A DNA stretch of 63,923 bases, counting the filler, from Reclinomonas americana ATCC 50394 (Eukaryota): assembly GCA_048213135.1 (NCBI GenBank). It is 8 parts of 8 records of this genome, joined end to end, with 100 filler letters (N's around TTAATTAATTAA, not from the genome) between each part and the next. Parts side by side here need not be neighbours in the genome. Positions count along the whole stretch, not along the records: positions 1 to 9,360 come from AFZH01017878.1; positions 9,461 to 22,512 come from AFZH01017879.1; 6 more parts are not named here. One strand, written 5' to 3'. A program made the position numbers and the translations under genes. Under the pieces are notes generated by a model. That model made no database searches. It was not told the origin of the DNA and saw nothing but the letters and a program-made list of their open reading frames with translations. This document shows positions 1 to 13,500 of the stretch, one piece after another. Positions within the stretch are counted from its first letter, which is position 1, and the number at the start of each line of letters is the position of its first letter.

Positions 1-71
1 CTGCGTGAATCGTGGGGTGCGTGGTGTGCACTGCGAACTCTGTTGGTGCTAATGCCATCTGACCGACCGCT

Positions 72-228
72 CGTCTACCCAGGCACTGTGTTCCGACCGC
101 AGAGACTACTGTCGGGCCTGCAGCGAGTGTGCGTGCACGTAATGAGTGCACTGCTGTTTCTACCCATCACGCTCCTCATTGCGGTGTACGGCCTGTGTTC
201 GTACCTGTGTTGTCGACGGTGGAGGTAA
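72..228 (+). CDS. 3' end of a gene cut by the window edge; C-terminal hydrophobic segment
   Basis: Last exon after ...cccag encodes ALLFLPITLLIAVYGLCSYLCC then TAA at 226-228; AT-rich 3' region follows. Confidence 0.4.
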
Positions 229-315
229 TAATGAGTGTAGATCTAGGACGTGTTTATTTTCATTCAGCGCACAAGGAGAAGAATCAATTACGTTTTCATT
301 CTGTGTACACGATTT

Positions 316-3300
316 TCATTCGGCGTCAACAATCGAGGTCAAGATGAGCTGCTGAGAGCGCTGACCCGTCACTGTTACCACATCTGCAACGTCGACAGCA
401 AAGGCGTGTGGCGACTCATTCAACGTGGCCTCCATCGCTCGCAGTGCCGCATCCACAGCGCGCCACTGCATTGCAATGTCCGCAGTCGGCACGCTCGTCT
501 GCTTGATTCGCTTGCGGCTCCCCTTGGCCTTGGTCGATACGGCATCGTCGGCGATATCTTGACTGCCGCTGGCGTCGTTCAAAATACGGATGAGTGACAT
601 CAACAATAATAATGCACAGGGCACATGTAACAAAGCGAACCGCAACGCGGCTGTCACAGCCTGCTCGACCTGGTCTTTGATGGTGCTCACGAGGTTCGCC
701 GAGCCGGCCACCGACTCGAGGCAAGTGAGCGCAAGGGCACTCAGCGACGGTCGCGCATCCTCGTTCACTGTACACGCGCGTATGGTAAAGAAGAAGAAAC
801 GGCAGTGAGACATAACACGTCAATGAGTGTGAAGCGACGACGCTTGCGATAGTCACCATAGACGCCATCTACACGGGTATCTCACATCTCAGTAATTACG
901 AACAAAGGGCAAGGCAGGCAGCGCGTACATGCGACTTACCCTGCACTGTCCACGGCGGCAGCTGTCCCAGTTCGTCTTCCTGTGGCCAGTGGGGTGAGAG
1001 ATTGATCGTCACATTCCAGTGCAGCAGCACAGAGCGGACGCACGTGGCCCTCCAGCAGCACGTTCAGTGACGAGCGCCACAACGGTACCAGCACCTGCAC
1101 CTCCTCTCGCCGGTTGACATCCAGTAGCGTCAAGACGAGTCCACGAACCTCCCAGCCGGGCAGCATTGCATGCTCGGCAGTCGGAGCCGCCCCACTGCCC
1201 GAGGCGACGCCCTTGCCTTTGCCGTTCTTGGCGCGCTTGGTCGGCGGCTGTTGACTGCACGTATGCACGGTGTGCATGGGTGAGCACCGAGAGAAAATAA
1301 GTACCACACGCCAGTGACGGGATGCACCACACCTTGACGATTCCCCAGCGAGATCCTCCCCCTCGGAAAGAGAACGCAACAGGGCATTGCACAAGTCGCG
1401 AAGCTCGACAAAGGACGGTTCCGCGGCCGCGTTGTCGGCCGCGCATACGGAGAGAAGAAGCAAGTCGACGTTGCTGACCACGGCGTGTACACACATGGAG
1501 CACACTTCGCCGACATACAACTGCCGTGCCCGATTGGCCAGCTCACTGCACGATGGTCAGGCACTCGATGCGCAGGCAGATTACGCACAGTCATACTCAC
1601 GAGAACATGGACAACTGGTTCGTGCCGTGCACTTCGTGGAACTTATTCAACGACGTGATGCGGTGCAAACAGGAGGGCAGCTGATACTCGGCAGCCGTCA
1701 GCGCCAGCTGCTGAATGTTGTCTTGCTCTGCACGCGTTCTTCATCAGTGGCGCCACCCACCGACAGAAGCACCGCGCAGTGCTGCCGCTCACCCGACAAA
1801 GCCGCAGCAAGTGCCTGATCGGCAGGAATGTCACCAGCATCGCCCTCATCCTCCATCTGCGAGTCGCGTTCGCGCGTGAGACTTGCGCTCATCGCACATC
1901 TCTCTCTGTGCGAACGCACCTGGCTCTCGTGCATGATCTCGACACAGCGCGACACTGTGCTCCGCAGCAGCATGCCGGTGGCCAGCAAGTTGGCTGAGTC
2001 TTGCTGCCGCAGTTCTAACAAACAACCCGCCACGGCGGCAGCGCCCCAGTCCAACCGAACACCGGTGAGCGGTTCGACACGGCTGAGCAACGCCACTCGA
2101 TCGATGCGGTCCAGCACTGTGCACATCGACAGTAGACAATGGATAGAGAGTTGATGAAGTCGGTCTGACGAATGCTGACGGCAACGTGACGCACTTGCAG
2201 CTCTCCGTCGAATGTTATCGGTCTCGTGCCGACGCCACGTGCCAATGTCGTCCGTGTTCACCGAAATATCGCAGTGCGCCAGAGAGACGATGCGAGTCAG
2301 CGAAGAACCGCGGTAAAAGCACACCGGCGCGCGGCGCTCAAACGACTCATTCGGGAAATTGCGCACGACCAGATCGGTGAACAGGTACAGTTTGCCACAC
2401 TCCATCCTGTGCACGGTCAGTTACATTCATGAACCGTGTGCGCGAGATGGGAAAGCACAAACTAAACACAACTCTTCGAGGACGCGAGCACTCGACTGCG
2501 CAAACAGCTGCACAGCAACCACACTGGTGGAACTGTGATCCATCACCAAAGCCCATCGGTACACATCGGCCGTTGCGGAGAGCACACTAAAGCAATTGTG
2601 ATGATCGATTTTAGGCGACAGGCACTTGTGCATGCACACGAGAATACGCACATTGGCTCAGCATGCCCTGCAACGGCATGCACACGCTGCGTCCGCAGCG
2701 GCGACAGCCACAGAATGACACACGCAATGGTCTCTCGTGTGCCCGTCGGCAGTGTACGCAGTGATCGAAGCGGTGATATTGGCCCAATGGCATCCGACAT
2801 GTGCTGCACGGACGACGGACAACGAATGTCGAGTTCTAGCACAACACTCAGCAACAGCAACGGACACGCAGCACGAGCGGATCGAGGGGATACCGTCCAC
2901 CACATGTAGTACGCCCGTCGGTGACTTGGCGTTGAGTGCCAGCTCGACGGCCGACTCGGGCATGTGCTCGACCACACTGTCGCGGATTACAAGAAATGAG
3001 GACACGGGGGGTGAATAAAAGAGAAGAGACACGATGCTGCACCTGGACAGATTGCGATTCTTAAGCCTCATGTTGGCCAGGTACACCAATCGCCCAACCT
3101 CCAGATCCGCAAGGTGCCGCAACGCATGCGTATTCCACAGCGTGGCGGCAATCGGCTTCGCAATCGTGTCGTCCTCTGCACTCCATCGATTGAGGGATAT
3201 CAGCGTCCGCTCACATCGCTCCTGATCGAGCACGGGCACGCAACTGATGTAGAATGTGCACGAAAACGGCTGCTTGTGTTCACGACCCGGCTTGGAGAAG

Positions 3301-4570
3301 TTGTTCAGAGGGGCGACACGAGTGATGCGGGCCACGACTCCGCGCAAATCACGTTCCTTGGGACTGTGCACACGCGCAACCAAATCAGTGTCAGTCGGGA
3401 TAGAAGCTGAAGGAGAACCTGCATCCGCTTCGTTTCGCAACTCTTGAATCGCCAGGTATTCGCGGAGCGACAGTGCTCGATCCACTAACGACTGCAGCTG
3501 CTCACGACCCACGCTGCACAGCACACACGCACACACGGTACGAAGTGAGGATGATGGTGAGTGACAGGAGGAATCATGTGGTCGTACGAAACATCACTCG
3601 GGCGCCCTCCATCGGTGCTCCGGATGGTTCTGTGTGCCTTCACAGTCAGGGACTGTACGCTGAACGGGCAAGCAGACAGGCATAGGCACGCACGAAGCCC
3701 ACGTCGAATGGCATCAGCGGCGATCTCCAACGATCGGTGCGACCACACGGGAACATACTCGGCAATGAACGATGCGCACGGTGCGCCCTGTGCAACACAG
3801 CGCCGAATGTCAACACCTGTCACCCAGTCACGCACACAAAGGCCCGTGCTCCCACCGATGCAATGGTGTTTCTGTACGAGAGCTGTGCGTGCAGTGGATA
3901 CGCCTGCGCCGGCAACGACAGCACCTCCACATCCAACAGCACTGGCACCGACGGACCCGTCAGATCGCGCTCGCGATAGCGCGTGATGAACCGCTTGACC
4001 TGCGACCGCAGTCAGCGACAGCGGGACGACGCAGACGCAGCGTTCGTGCACGCAACTCGCACAGTGCACCCGGTGAACAGCTGGCCGCTGTGCACGAGCG
4101 GACGCAGCGATGGATCCAGCACAAAGGGCATCTGCGCAGACTCGTCACGCACAGCCACACACACACGTACTCGCGCATCGCACGCCACTTGCAGCACTCT
4201 CACCTTTTGCGAGCTGGAATCCTGCAGAAGAATGTCGAACACACTGAGGTTGGTGCCAGTCGGCGCCGATCCGACCACTTGCTGGAACATCTCATCCGCC
4301 ATGTCTAACGGCGACGATGACAACGGCGAGTTAGCGATGTGTGCGCATGATTGTGTGTGCCTGTGGATGCGTGTGTGCTAAATAGAATGGGAGACGCAAC
4401 AGCGACCCATGGCCACCACACGAAAGGTGCCGTAGCCGCGCTCGGCACTGCCACCTCCTCCATCCAGCAGCAGCGCAGAGAGCAGCGATGGGCCGTCTGT
4501 GAGAGTCACACAGTCAGCAACACAGATGCGAGAAGAGCGCCAGGGGAGCGGGGGAAGTGCACTCACCCAT
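316..4570 (-). CDS. RADX: RADX (CXorf57)-like RPA-related multi-OB-fold ssDNA-binding protein, multi-exon
   Basis: Start ATG G|gtgagt at 4570. Spliced segments FRVVAMGRYMADE, FDILLQD..FVLDPSLRPLVHSGQLFTG, ARITRVAPLNNFSKPG..PFSCTFYI..ATLWNTHALRHLADLEVGRLVYLANMRLK..VELALN and YRWALVMDHSSTSVVAVQLFAQS match, in order, RADX OB motifs as recalled ([59 protein letters not shown]). Stop at 316. Confidence 0.8.
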
Positions 4571-4822
4571 CTTTCCCGCCAGATTTCGAACAGATGTGGG
4601 ACAACACCGACGGCGGGAAGTCCTTGGCTCTTCTCCTTCTCGGCAGGTGCTACGCACAAGGCACGCCACTGAAAGTGCACACAGTGGCTGCCAGTTCAGT
4701 CGCGGTCCTTTTGCCACCCCACGACGTGCACCGACAAACAATCCACTCACAGGACAACCCTCTCTTCGTTGTCCACATCACCACCGGCGACAGCGACAAG
4801 GAGGCTGCGCTGCACCCTCCTC

Positions 4823-7529
4823 ATGGGTGGCTGCTGCTCTTGTCTATGCGGGGAGCCGGAGGTGGAGCTTGTGCGCGGCAAGCCGAGCAGTGATTCGCGG
4901 CGCCAATCATCGTCGTCTTTGTCGTCATTGTCGACGGTACATCGTCCGCTGTTGCGCGAAGACTCGGCTGCACAGCACGACACACCCGGCCATCGCGCAG
5001 GCGACCGACAGATGACGGTACGCGAGAATGCATGCTGTGTGTGCGTGATATCTGTTTCACACTCAAGTACTATGCAGTCATTGTACTCGTCGCCGCAACC
5101 GCCGCCACTGAGGACGGCCTCGCAGGCGTCGGATGCAATGGAGGCGGATCTGGCGGCCACGCTGCAGTTGGCAGACGAGGTATGTGTCGAATCATCGTGC
5201 TCATGGCCGGTGATCGATTCTCATGATGTGGACCAGGTGGAGGGCGCGGTGCTGCATCGCGGCAGTGACGGCGGCGGTGAGCTGAGTCCCGAGACGCGAC
5301 AGCAGTTGGATTCCATGCTGGCGGTGAAGTTGCCGCCGATGAAGCATCGTGCTCGAGTTTCGCTGTTTTTTTCGCCGTTTGCGTCGCCGTGTTAGAAGTG
5401 CACTCACCGGCGTACTGCCTGTGTGTGAACAGGTGATTCGAGAACTGCTGGAGACCGAGCGCAAGTATGTTGACTCACTCCGCGTCGTCGACGAAGTTGA
5501 TTAGTCGAGCCGCTGCTGTCCTCAGTGTCGGCGATTTTGACAGCTGACTGCGTGTATGTGTGTGTGTGTGTGGCGCTCTGTAGGTCTTTATCGGACCCCT
5601 CCGCGCGCAACAGATTCTACCTCCCACCGTCGTGGATCAGATTTTCGGCGATCTGGCTGTGTGCGTTCCTCAGTAGTGTCGGCTGTACGTACCGCTTTGT
5701 CTGTGCTAACATTCCGCGTGCGCAGTGTGCTGCAAGTCAACGAGCGGTTCCTTGCCTCGCTGGTCGGGTTGTTGTGTGTTCTGCTTGTCATTCACCAGCT
5801 TCGTGACAGGCATGTGAAGCTGAAAACACGTACGTGCAGGCGGAGGCCGTATCAAGCACGCTGCAACTGATTCACGAGGAAGGCCACGACTTGTGCGTCC
5901 TCTCCTCCTTTCCCCGTGTTCTCTGAGCTCGCTTGCTTTCTCACACATGCACGCGCACGTAGAACTCCCTTCCAGTGGTACCAGTCGCTCAAGGAACTCG
6001 ACCCGAGCAACATTTTTCTACAAACGGCACAGACATTCAAGTTGTGTTGACTCTGTCACGTGCTCCGCACGCCGTCATCCTCGCTCACACGAGCGTGTGC
6101 ATAGATTGTACACAGACTACATTAATCGCTTCCAAGCGTCACAGACGGTGTTGACACAACGGCGAAAGTCGTCGGCGGCGTTTGCGGCGTTTTTGAGAGA
6201 GGCGGAGACGGATGCGCGTCTGCAGGGTGTCAACTTGGAGGTTTGTAGTGTATCGTGTATTGCACGCCATTGGCGCGCACGCACTTCTGACTGCATCTGC
6301 CAACCAGGGTCAACTTGTGAAGCCCATTCAACGATGTGCGTGGACGTACACATACGCCTCTTGTTTTCTTCCTCTCACGCATGCCGCGCTTGTCAGTGCC
6401 GAGATATGTGCTGCTGCTGCAAGATTATCTCAAACACATGCAGGCAGACGATCCGAGCTATTCCACTGTCGCGCACGCGTTGAAGACTGTCAAGGAGGTG
6501 TGTCATGTCGTGCTGCGATGTAGAATTGTTCTGCAGTCTGCTCACCCCGCCCTGTGTTCGTGCAGATTGTTGCGTGCAGAAACCACGATGACGTCCCTCG
6601 GTGTGCGTGAATGTGGTACTCACTTTGTGGTGCTGTACGTAGACCGAGTATTGCAACAGCAAGAAACGGTAATCGCGTGTGTCTCTCGGTTGTACGCCAC
6701 TGCATTCACATCGGCCGACACTCGTATGTGCGCACAGAGAGTACGACAACATTCAACGAGTTCGTGAGCTGGAAAAGACGCTGCGCTTGCCGGTGAGTCC
6801 CTGTTTTGGCTTGTCTCCTGAGTCTTGATGTGGTCTTCTCAACGCATCATGCAGGTGGCGTCGGTGTGGCGCCGACTGCTGCGCGAGGGCGAGATCACCA
6901 AGGTCAAGCACCGTGATTCGCACCAGGTGAAGAAATGCCGTCTGATCGTCTTCAACGACGCCATTGCGGTGGCGCGAAGCACACGGTTGTCTTTCGGTGC
7001 CAAGGTCGATGTCATCGATCTGTCCGAGTACACCGTGAACGCCGTGGCACTGCCCGCTGCTGGTGCGTTTTTTATGTGCATATTGTGTTGCAGCACTCAC
7101 TTATCTCGTATCCGTCGGCATTGTGGTGGTAGGCTCCGGTTTTCCATTCGTTGTCAGTGTGGTGGGTGGCAAGGCATACCACTTTTTGACGGACACTCTC
7201 GAGGAGGTGCGTGCTTGCTGATCACATCATGTTGTCTGTCTCTGCGTGTTGCACACTCTCACTTGCCCTGCGTGCAGTGCAATGAGTGGCTCGAAATCAT
7301 TACCAAGGCCGCCAGTGAGGTCGGCAGTCGCGAGGAAGACATGTCGGTGGCCGCCATCACCAGCATGCTGCTGACCACACGGCGATCAACAACGGGTAAC
7401 TTGGACCCGCCAGACCTCCAGTCGCACTCTGCCGAACTTGGTTCGCAGGGATCCATGTCGAGTTCGGCGCCCATGGTGTCCATGTTGGATCCGTCGGCCC
7501 GCTTCATCGACCCACCGCCACGGCGATGA
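4823..7529 (+). CDS. Dbl-family RhoGEF (DH-PH) with N-terminal myristoylation/palmitoylation motif
   Basis: Starts MGGCCSCLCG. DH motifs RARVIRELLETERKYVDSL, LYTDYINRF, LVKPIQRVPRYVLLLQDYLKH; PH motif RRLLREGEITKV..LIVFNDAIAVAR..CNEWLEIITKA. Many GT-AG introns. Confidence 0.9.
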
Positions 7530-7589
7530 TCAAGGCTCCTGAGGTGGTCGTTTGGTAATTAGCTTTTTATTATTGGCGACACGCGTAAA

Positions 7590-10500
7590 TTACACTTGCG
7601 ACTCCAACAACAATGGTCTGCGACAGAGAGAATGTCAGTCGACGACGAATGTCAAAACACGACTCAAGCCTTCGTACGTACCGTCGCTTAACATCGTCCC
7701 CAAGCAGACTCATCTCCAGCATCTGCAGCGTACGTGGACGACCCATGCGCTGCTTGTAGATGCGGTCATCGGCATCCGCTCTGGCGTCGCGCTCGAGTTC
7801 GTCGATGCGTCGCTGCTCTTCCAACTGATGCGCTCGTAGAGCGCGAAGTTGCGGATTTCGCAAGAGTGTGACGGCCAGGAACCAGCGATTGAGAATGCGC
7901 TGTCGCCTCGCCATCTCGCGCCGGCGACTGGCAATCTGCTCCTCGAGACGACGAATGACACTGGCGTCTCGTCGATTGATGTTTAGCGAGCCACAGTGCT
8001 CCTTGATGCTGTGGGGGAGAAAGAGAGTCACGCCATGTATATCGACATGAAGGAACACGCAAACGCAACTGTTCGGGGCTGTTGTCCTTGCGCCACCGTC
8101 GATCCTCTTTGATGGAGGTGAATAGCATGTCGCAGAACTGATTCACAATCGGATTGTTGTGGAGATAGGCGGTGCGCACCATGGCCAGCCTGTACACACA
8201 AGCGAGATGAGCATGACGGTGTGTGATGAGCACGGGTGCACGCACGCACCAGCCAGCATGGCCAAAGTCGATATGCAGCACGTGTGCCGGCGTCGGAATG
8301 TCCACTGCCACAAAATGGCGTGAGTGGCAACGATCGATGACTGCACGCACGGACTGACAAGGTGAACAGGCGAAACTTCGCATGTAGCCGAGGGCGCCCG
8401 AGACGAAGTTGAAGAGCAGGCGAAGCGACGAGTACAGCAAGCCGGGCACGTACGACACCAGACTGTACACGGTGTCGAAAAACAGGAAGAACCGGTGGTG
8501 CACAATGTCACCCGACTTGACCAAGAAGCCAAATCCGACGCTGCGACGAGCAATCATGTGAGCTGCGGGTTGCAAAGAAAACTAACTCTCATTTGTTAGA
8601 CGCAACACGTAGTAGAGCACGCGTAGTGCGATCTCTGCAAGTTACGCACCAAGTCAGTCACCAACAGCGACACAACAAAACACTGGTGCGGCAACTCACC
8701 AATGCTCAGCAGCGCCACCAACAACACTCGAAGACGATCCAGAATAAAGTCGCGAGATGGTCTCCAAATGAACAAGAAGAAGAAACCACCAACAACCGCC
8801 GTCAACAGCACAAAGGCCACGGCGATTCCCCTGCAGAGAGCAGCCGTCAGTAGCGATCGTACGACCCTCTGTCGCCGTTCCTCCTCACCATGTTTGCAGC
8901 GCAATGTACATGCTGGCAGGAACGGGAGTCGCATGTCGCACCTCTGGCATTGGCTTACCCTGGCGCAGTTGCATGATCTGTATCGATATCGAACGTGATT
9001 GTGAGTCGCTCGGTGGGGAGAAGGAATGCGGCGACAACGGACGAAACTGAATGGCGGAACGCCTTGAACATGATATACAGGGACAGCGTGATGCCAAAGA
9101 CAGCACAGCCGGCGCCAATGTACACCGATTGCGACAACGACTCGCTCCACGCATAGTAGCCCTGGTTGGAGGCAGCAATGAATTGCATGGCTGCCGATTT
9201 GGCGAGATGCGTGCTGTTGGTCGATTGTTGCAGCTAAGTGACGAAAAAGAGAGAGCATGAGCGTCGTAGTCACAGCAACATCCAGAAGAGCGCAATCAGT
9301 CGCACCGACGAGATTTGCGGGGTTGTCAGCGTGTGCGTCGAGAGGAAGGTGGGCACATCTNNNNNNNNNNNNNNNNNNNNNNNNNNNNNNNNNNNNNNNN
9401 NNNNTTAATTAATTAANNNNNNNNNNNNNNNNNNNNNNNNNNNNNNNNNNNNNNNNNNNNGCGACGCCTCTTGGCAGTTGGCAACTGGTAATCAAATGTC
9501 AGCATGGAGAAAAAAAGCGACTTGCAGTCTACGAGGAGACCTTGTGGAACCATGCTGGCTGCCCGGCGCGAGCGTCCTGCTCAACCTCGTTGGTCAGCAG
9601 CCGCCTTACCAACAGGCGCTGTTCGTCGGATCGCACCCTTGTGAACTGTGTGTGATCACGTAGACATCTGTCAGAAAAGATGGAAAGGCAGAAGGGATAT
9701 GCGAAGGGAGAGAGCACGCAACATCCAGCTGCTTTGCGCGCGCTTTGTTCACAAACAAAAAGTACACTTGCTGAAGAACGGCGCCCAGTGTCAAGAGCGC
9801 CACGAAGCTGTGTTGTGCCAGAGACAGAGCGAGTAAGCATGACTAATCAGTTGCGTGAAGAAGCAAAGCAACGAGGAGAAGAACTACGACGCAACGTGAC
9901 GAGAACGAAAAATGAGCCTGTGGTGAGTGAACAACAGGCAAAGTTAGTGAGGAGCATTAACTGTGACCGACCGCACAATGGCAACTCTGTTCGCACCCTG
10001 ATACTTGTCGGGCGACGAGTATAACTGAGGAAAAAATCACGCTTTGATGAACACGCAAGCACAAGTTTGTCGGCACATCACGGTCGCCTTACCAAGTGAT
10101 CGTAGTTTGCCCAGCGTGCGAGCAGCCACAGGAGGTTGGCCAGGAAGCCGAGGCAGCCAAGCAGACCTGCACGAATATACAACTATCGGCACTGCGTTCT
10201 ACGCACACAGGCGATGAAACGCACTCTCACCAATGAAAATGAAGGCAGGGAGAATCCACGCTGTACAACAGTATTATCAAGACTAGTCGAGGTCAAAGTG
10301 ACTACGACTGCTGAGAATCCACTCACCAGTGACCGACATGAAGATCGGGAGACTTGCCAGCGCCACAATGTACAGGCCATTCTGGCAAGCAGAGCAACTT
10401 TAGCCAAATACACCTCTACAACAGGAGAAAAGCACAATTTGGCGGCACAGACCTCCCACGTGTCCAGCGATTCGGTATTAATTTGCGACGGGTTGTCGAA

Positions 10501-13500
10501 CTCTATGCCTTCCGACGCCTCCGAAGCGACACCATTGCAAACTGCGATGAGCTGCACCGGACCAGTGGGGCCAGACAGAATGCTGACGCCTTCAAAGTTC
10601 GCGACGCCGTTGTCGTTGGTAGGCCACACCGTGTACCCAGAATATGGATATGGCTGTGTAAGGAAAAGGTGAGCGAGGAAACAAGAGCAATCTACCGATT
10701 CGCACCACTCGCACGCACCACATTGACAACGTGACTGGAGGTCGCCGGAATGAGACTGCAAAATGTCTGTGGCAGCGCTCCGCCTGCAAGGTTTTGCATA
10801 AGAAACGAATCGTCACACAGTCTCATACGACACAAGCTCACCAGTGGGGGACAGCGCAACAGCGGCGACCGTGAATTTCTCGCCGAGGCTGATGTTTTTC
10901 GGCACCTCGGTCACTCGCGCGCTACCGACGGGATTCGTGAGCGTGAAAGTCGGTAGCTGGTACTGACTGTTGACACCGTAGGACGCCACGATATAGTAGG
11001 AGCCTGGACGACATGTGAGTTGGACAGATGAGGATGATAGCCGCCATTGCAAGGCAAACCTGGCGCTCCCCACTGAAACACCACGCCGTCGGTGCATGCA
11101 TTACCGAGGGGTCCGGTGACAAGCACGCCATTGTTGCCGCTGAAGCCGGGGCTTGTCGGAAGCACAGTGACCGGCATGTTGGCAACCACATTCAACGCAA
11201 TAGAAGCACCGCTGACAGGAGATCCTGTTCGCAGCAGCGCTTTCACGCACACTGGCAACGCGGATGGTACACCGACTTCCACGGTCGACGGCATCGACGT
11301 GACGGTGAGTTGGTCAGGGAACACCGTCACCACGAGTATGTCAGTCAGTGCGCTGCGACGAGTGAGTAGGAGAGAAACGCTGCGTGAATGCGCGAAATCC
11401 TCGCTCACACACACCTCGTGATGCCCAGAGCACTGAACTGCAGGCGATACTGGCCAGGAGGTGCAACAATGCCCAGAGTCGAGAATGTCGCCACGCCGTT
11501 GCTACGCCAGCGAGTGAGCAAGCAAAGTCGAGACTCGACAGCGTTGTTGACTAAAATCAATATACCTGTTGGACTGGACTGTGGGATTGATAAGGGAGGC
11601 TACAGACGCCGTTCCGCTGGCGGCCAGCACAGAAGCAGTGACCGTCAGCGGCTGATACGGCGCCTGCCAACCCTGAAACTGTGTGCGCAACAGAATGAGC
11701 ACAAGAAAATATGGACGACTGTTGAGATTACTCTCGCAGACGCAACGGATATCCGCACGGTTGGTTGGTAGGAGGGTGGGAACTGCTGGCCGCTGCTGCA
11801 CACTGGTGGTACACTCCACTGTACATTGAGAGCGACAATCGGGTTCACTTGCAGCACCACGTTCGATTGCGGACTGCGAGCGGCTGTGAGTCACCAGACG
11901 ACAAAGAGTGCGGGTGTGATAACTCGCGAGTACCTCCACATTTGCGGCTCGGCAAACGGCAGAACAAACGACATGGTGTGATTACCAGTGGGACCGCCCT
12001 GATAACGTTGTGTGAGCGATGCGCATCGTTCCAAGCACCAAGAACACAGAGGCGAACTCACGGGAAACACAAAGTTTGTCAAGGTGGCCGTGCCGGAGAC
12101 ATCGGTGATGGTGTACTGCGTCGACACTACGCCGGGGGCGTAGGACACAAACACACTGTCGTACGCGAGTGAGGAACACTCGACCTTCTCCAGCAATTGT
12201 TGCTGTCGTACGTGTGTACGCAACGGAATGTGGTTCACAATGTTGCCGCCTTGCGTCGGTTGCAGAATGGCCGCAGGCGATTGAGCGAGCACCTGTGATA
12301 CGTACGGGCTGCTCGGCGACACCAGTGGCTGTTGCGCGAACGCAATCGACGACACTGTTCACGGAGGGAATGAGTGAGAGAAAAGTGAGAGAAACGAGAG
12401 CACAACGAGTCACCTGGATTCGGGCAAGCCCCCATTATCATCAGTCCGCCGGGTCGTCCACCCGAAATCGGTACGAGTGGCAGACGCTGCGCAGCACGAG
12501 TGGATGAGTGACAAGAGATGTAGCAGATGAAATGAGCACACACAAACCTGATAGACTCCGCTCCTGACTCCTAGTTGCAGCGTGGCACAACCTGTAGTAC
12601 GTGACAGTCAACAACAGTGGCAACACGTATACAGTTCGACTAGTGTTGATCTTGAGGAGACACTTACCGTTGGCGTCTGTCGGTAGCGGCGCCGTAATGA
12701 CCCTGTCAAAGGCCAATTGCAATGTCTGCTGACTGATGAGTGGTTGAATTTGCGTCTCGCCAAAGAGGAGCGCCAGGCCAAAGATGCCGGCCTGCGATGA
12801 ATGTTAGTGGCGACAGATGCAGAAGAAAGACGGACGATGCGCGCACTGCTGACCTGATTGCCGACAAAGATGTAGTCGAGCCATGTTGGAGGCATCAGAT
12901 TGGCATTGGGCATGGACGGTAGGTACACGCCAAGATAGAGCGAGCGTCCGCTCAGCGGCCCATTCTCATTGGAGATGCACACGGTCGGCTGCTGCTGCAA
13001 GTACACACCGGCCTGACCGCATATGGGTGGCTGCTGGACGACAAACTCCGTCACTGTAAAACAGAAACACAGATGTGGGGAGCTGTGCCGATGTAGTTGA
13101 CATGGTGGCGTGCATCAGAGAGCACAAACCGAGATCCGTGGTGGAAAACAGTGGCATGGTGGTAAGATCGGCACCACACTGCAGAGCACTGCGACCAATC
13201 CACAGGCCCATTGTATTCGAGTATGCTGCACACATGACGCAAACGGTGGTGAGGGAGAAGGAAGGGGAGAAAGGAAGAGAGAGGGGGAGCACGCACAGCG
13301 CACGACACGCAGGTTCGCAAAGGACACGATGCCATCGGGGCCCGTCACTGGCATCTTCGAGAGCAGCTGTGGATCATCCCATCGCACATCTGCACGCAGC
13401 GGAGGTTACATCGCAAAGTCGCATATGGCGCGGATGACGCCCACAAGCACATGCTCACCGAAATCGACGCCAGCGGTGATATTCAAGGCGTCCCACGTGA

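Noticed and set aside
934..941. ACTTACC matches as the 5' end of a U1 snRNA gene
   Set aside because: They are reverse complements of ordinary GTAAGT donors; no snRNA, tRNA or rRNA gene was recognisable in the window.
9405..9416. Repeated TTAATTAATTAA as a biological repeat
   Set aside because: It is always flanked by exactly 44 N on each side, so it is a synthetic six-frame stop linker.
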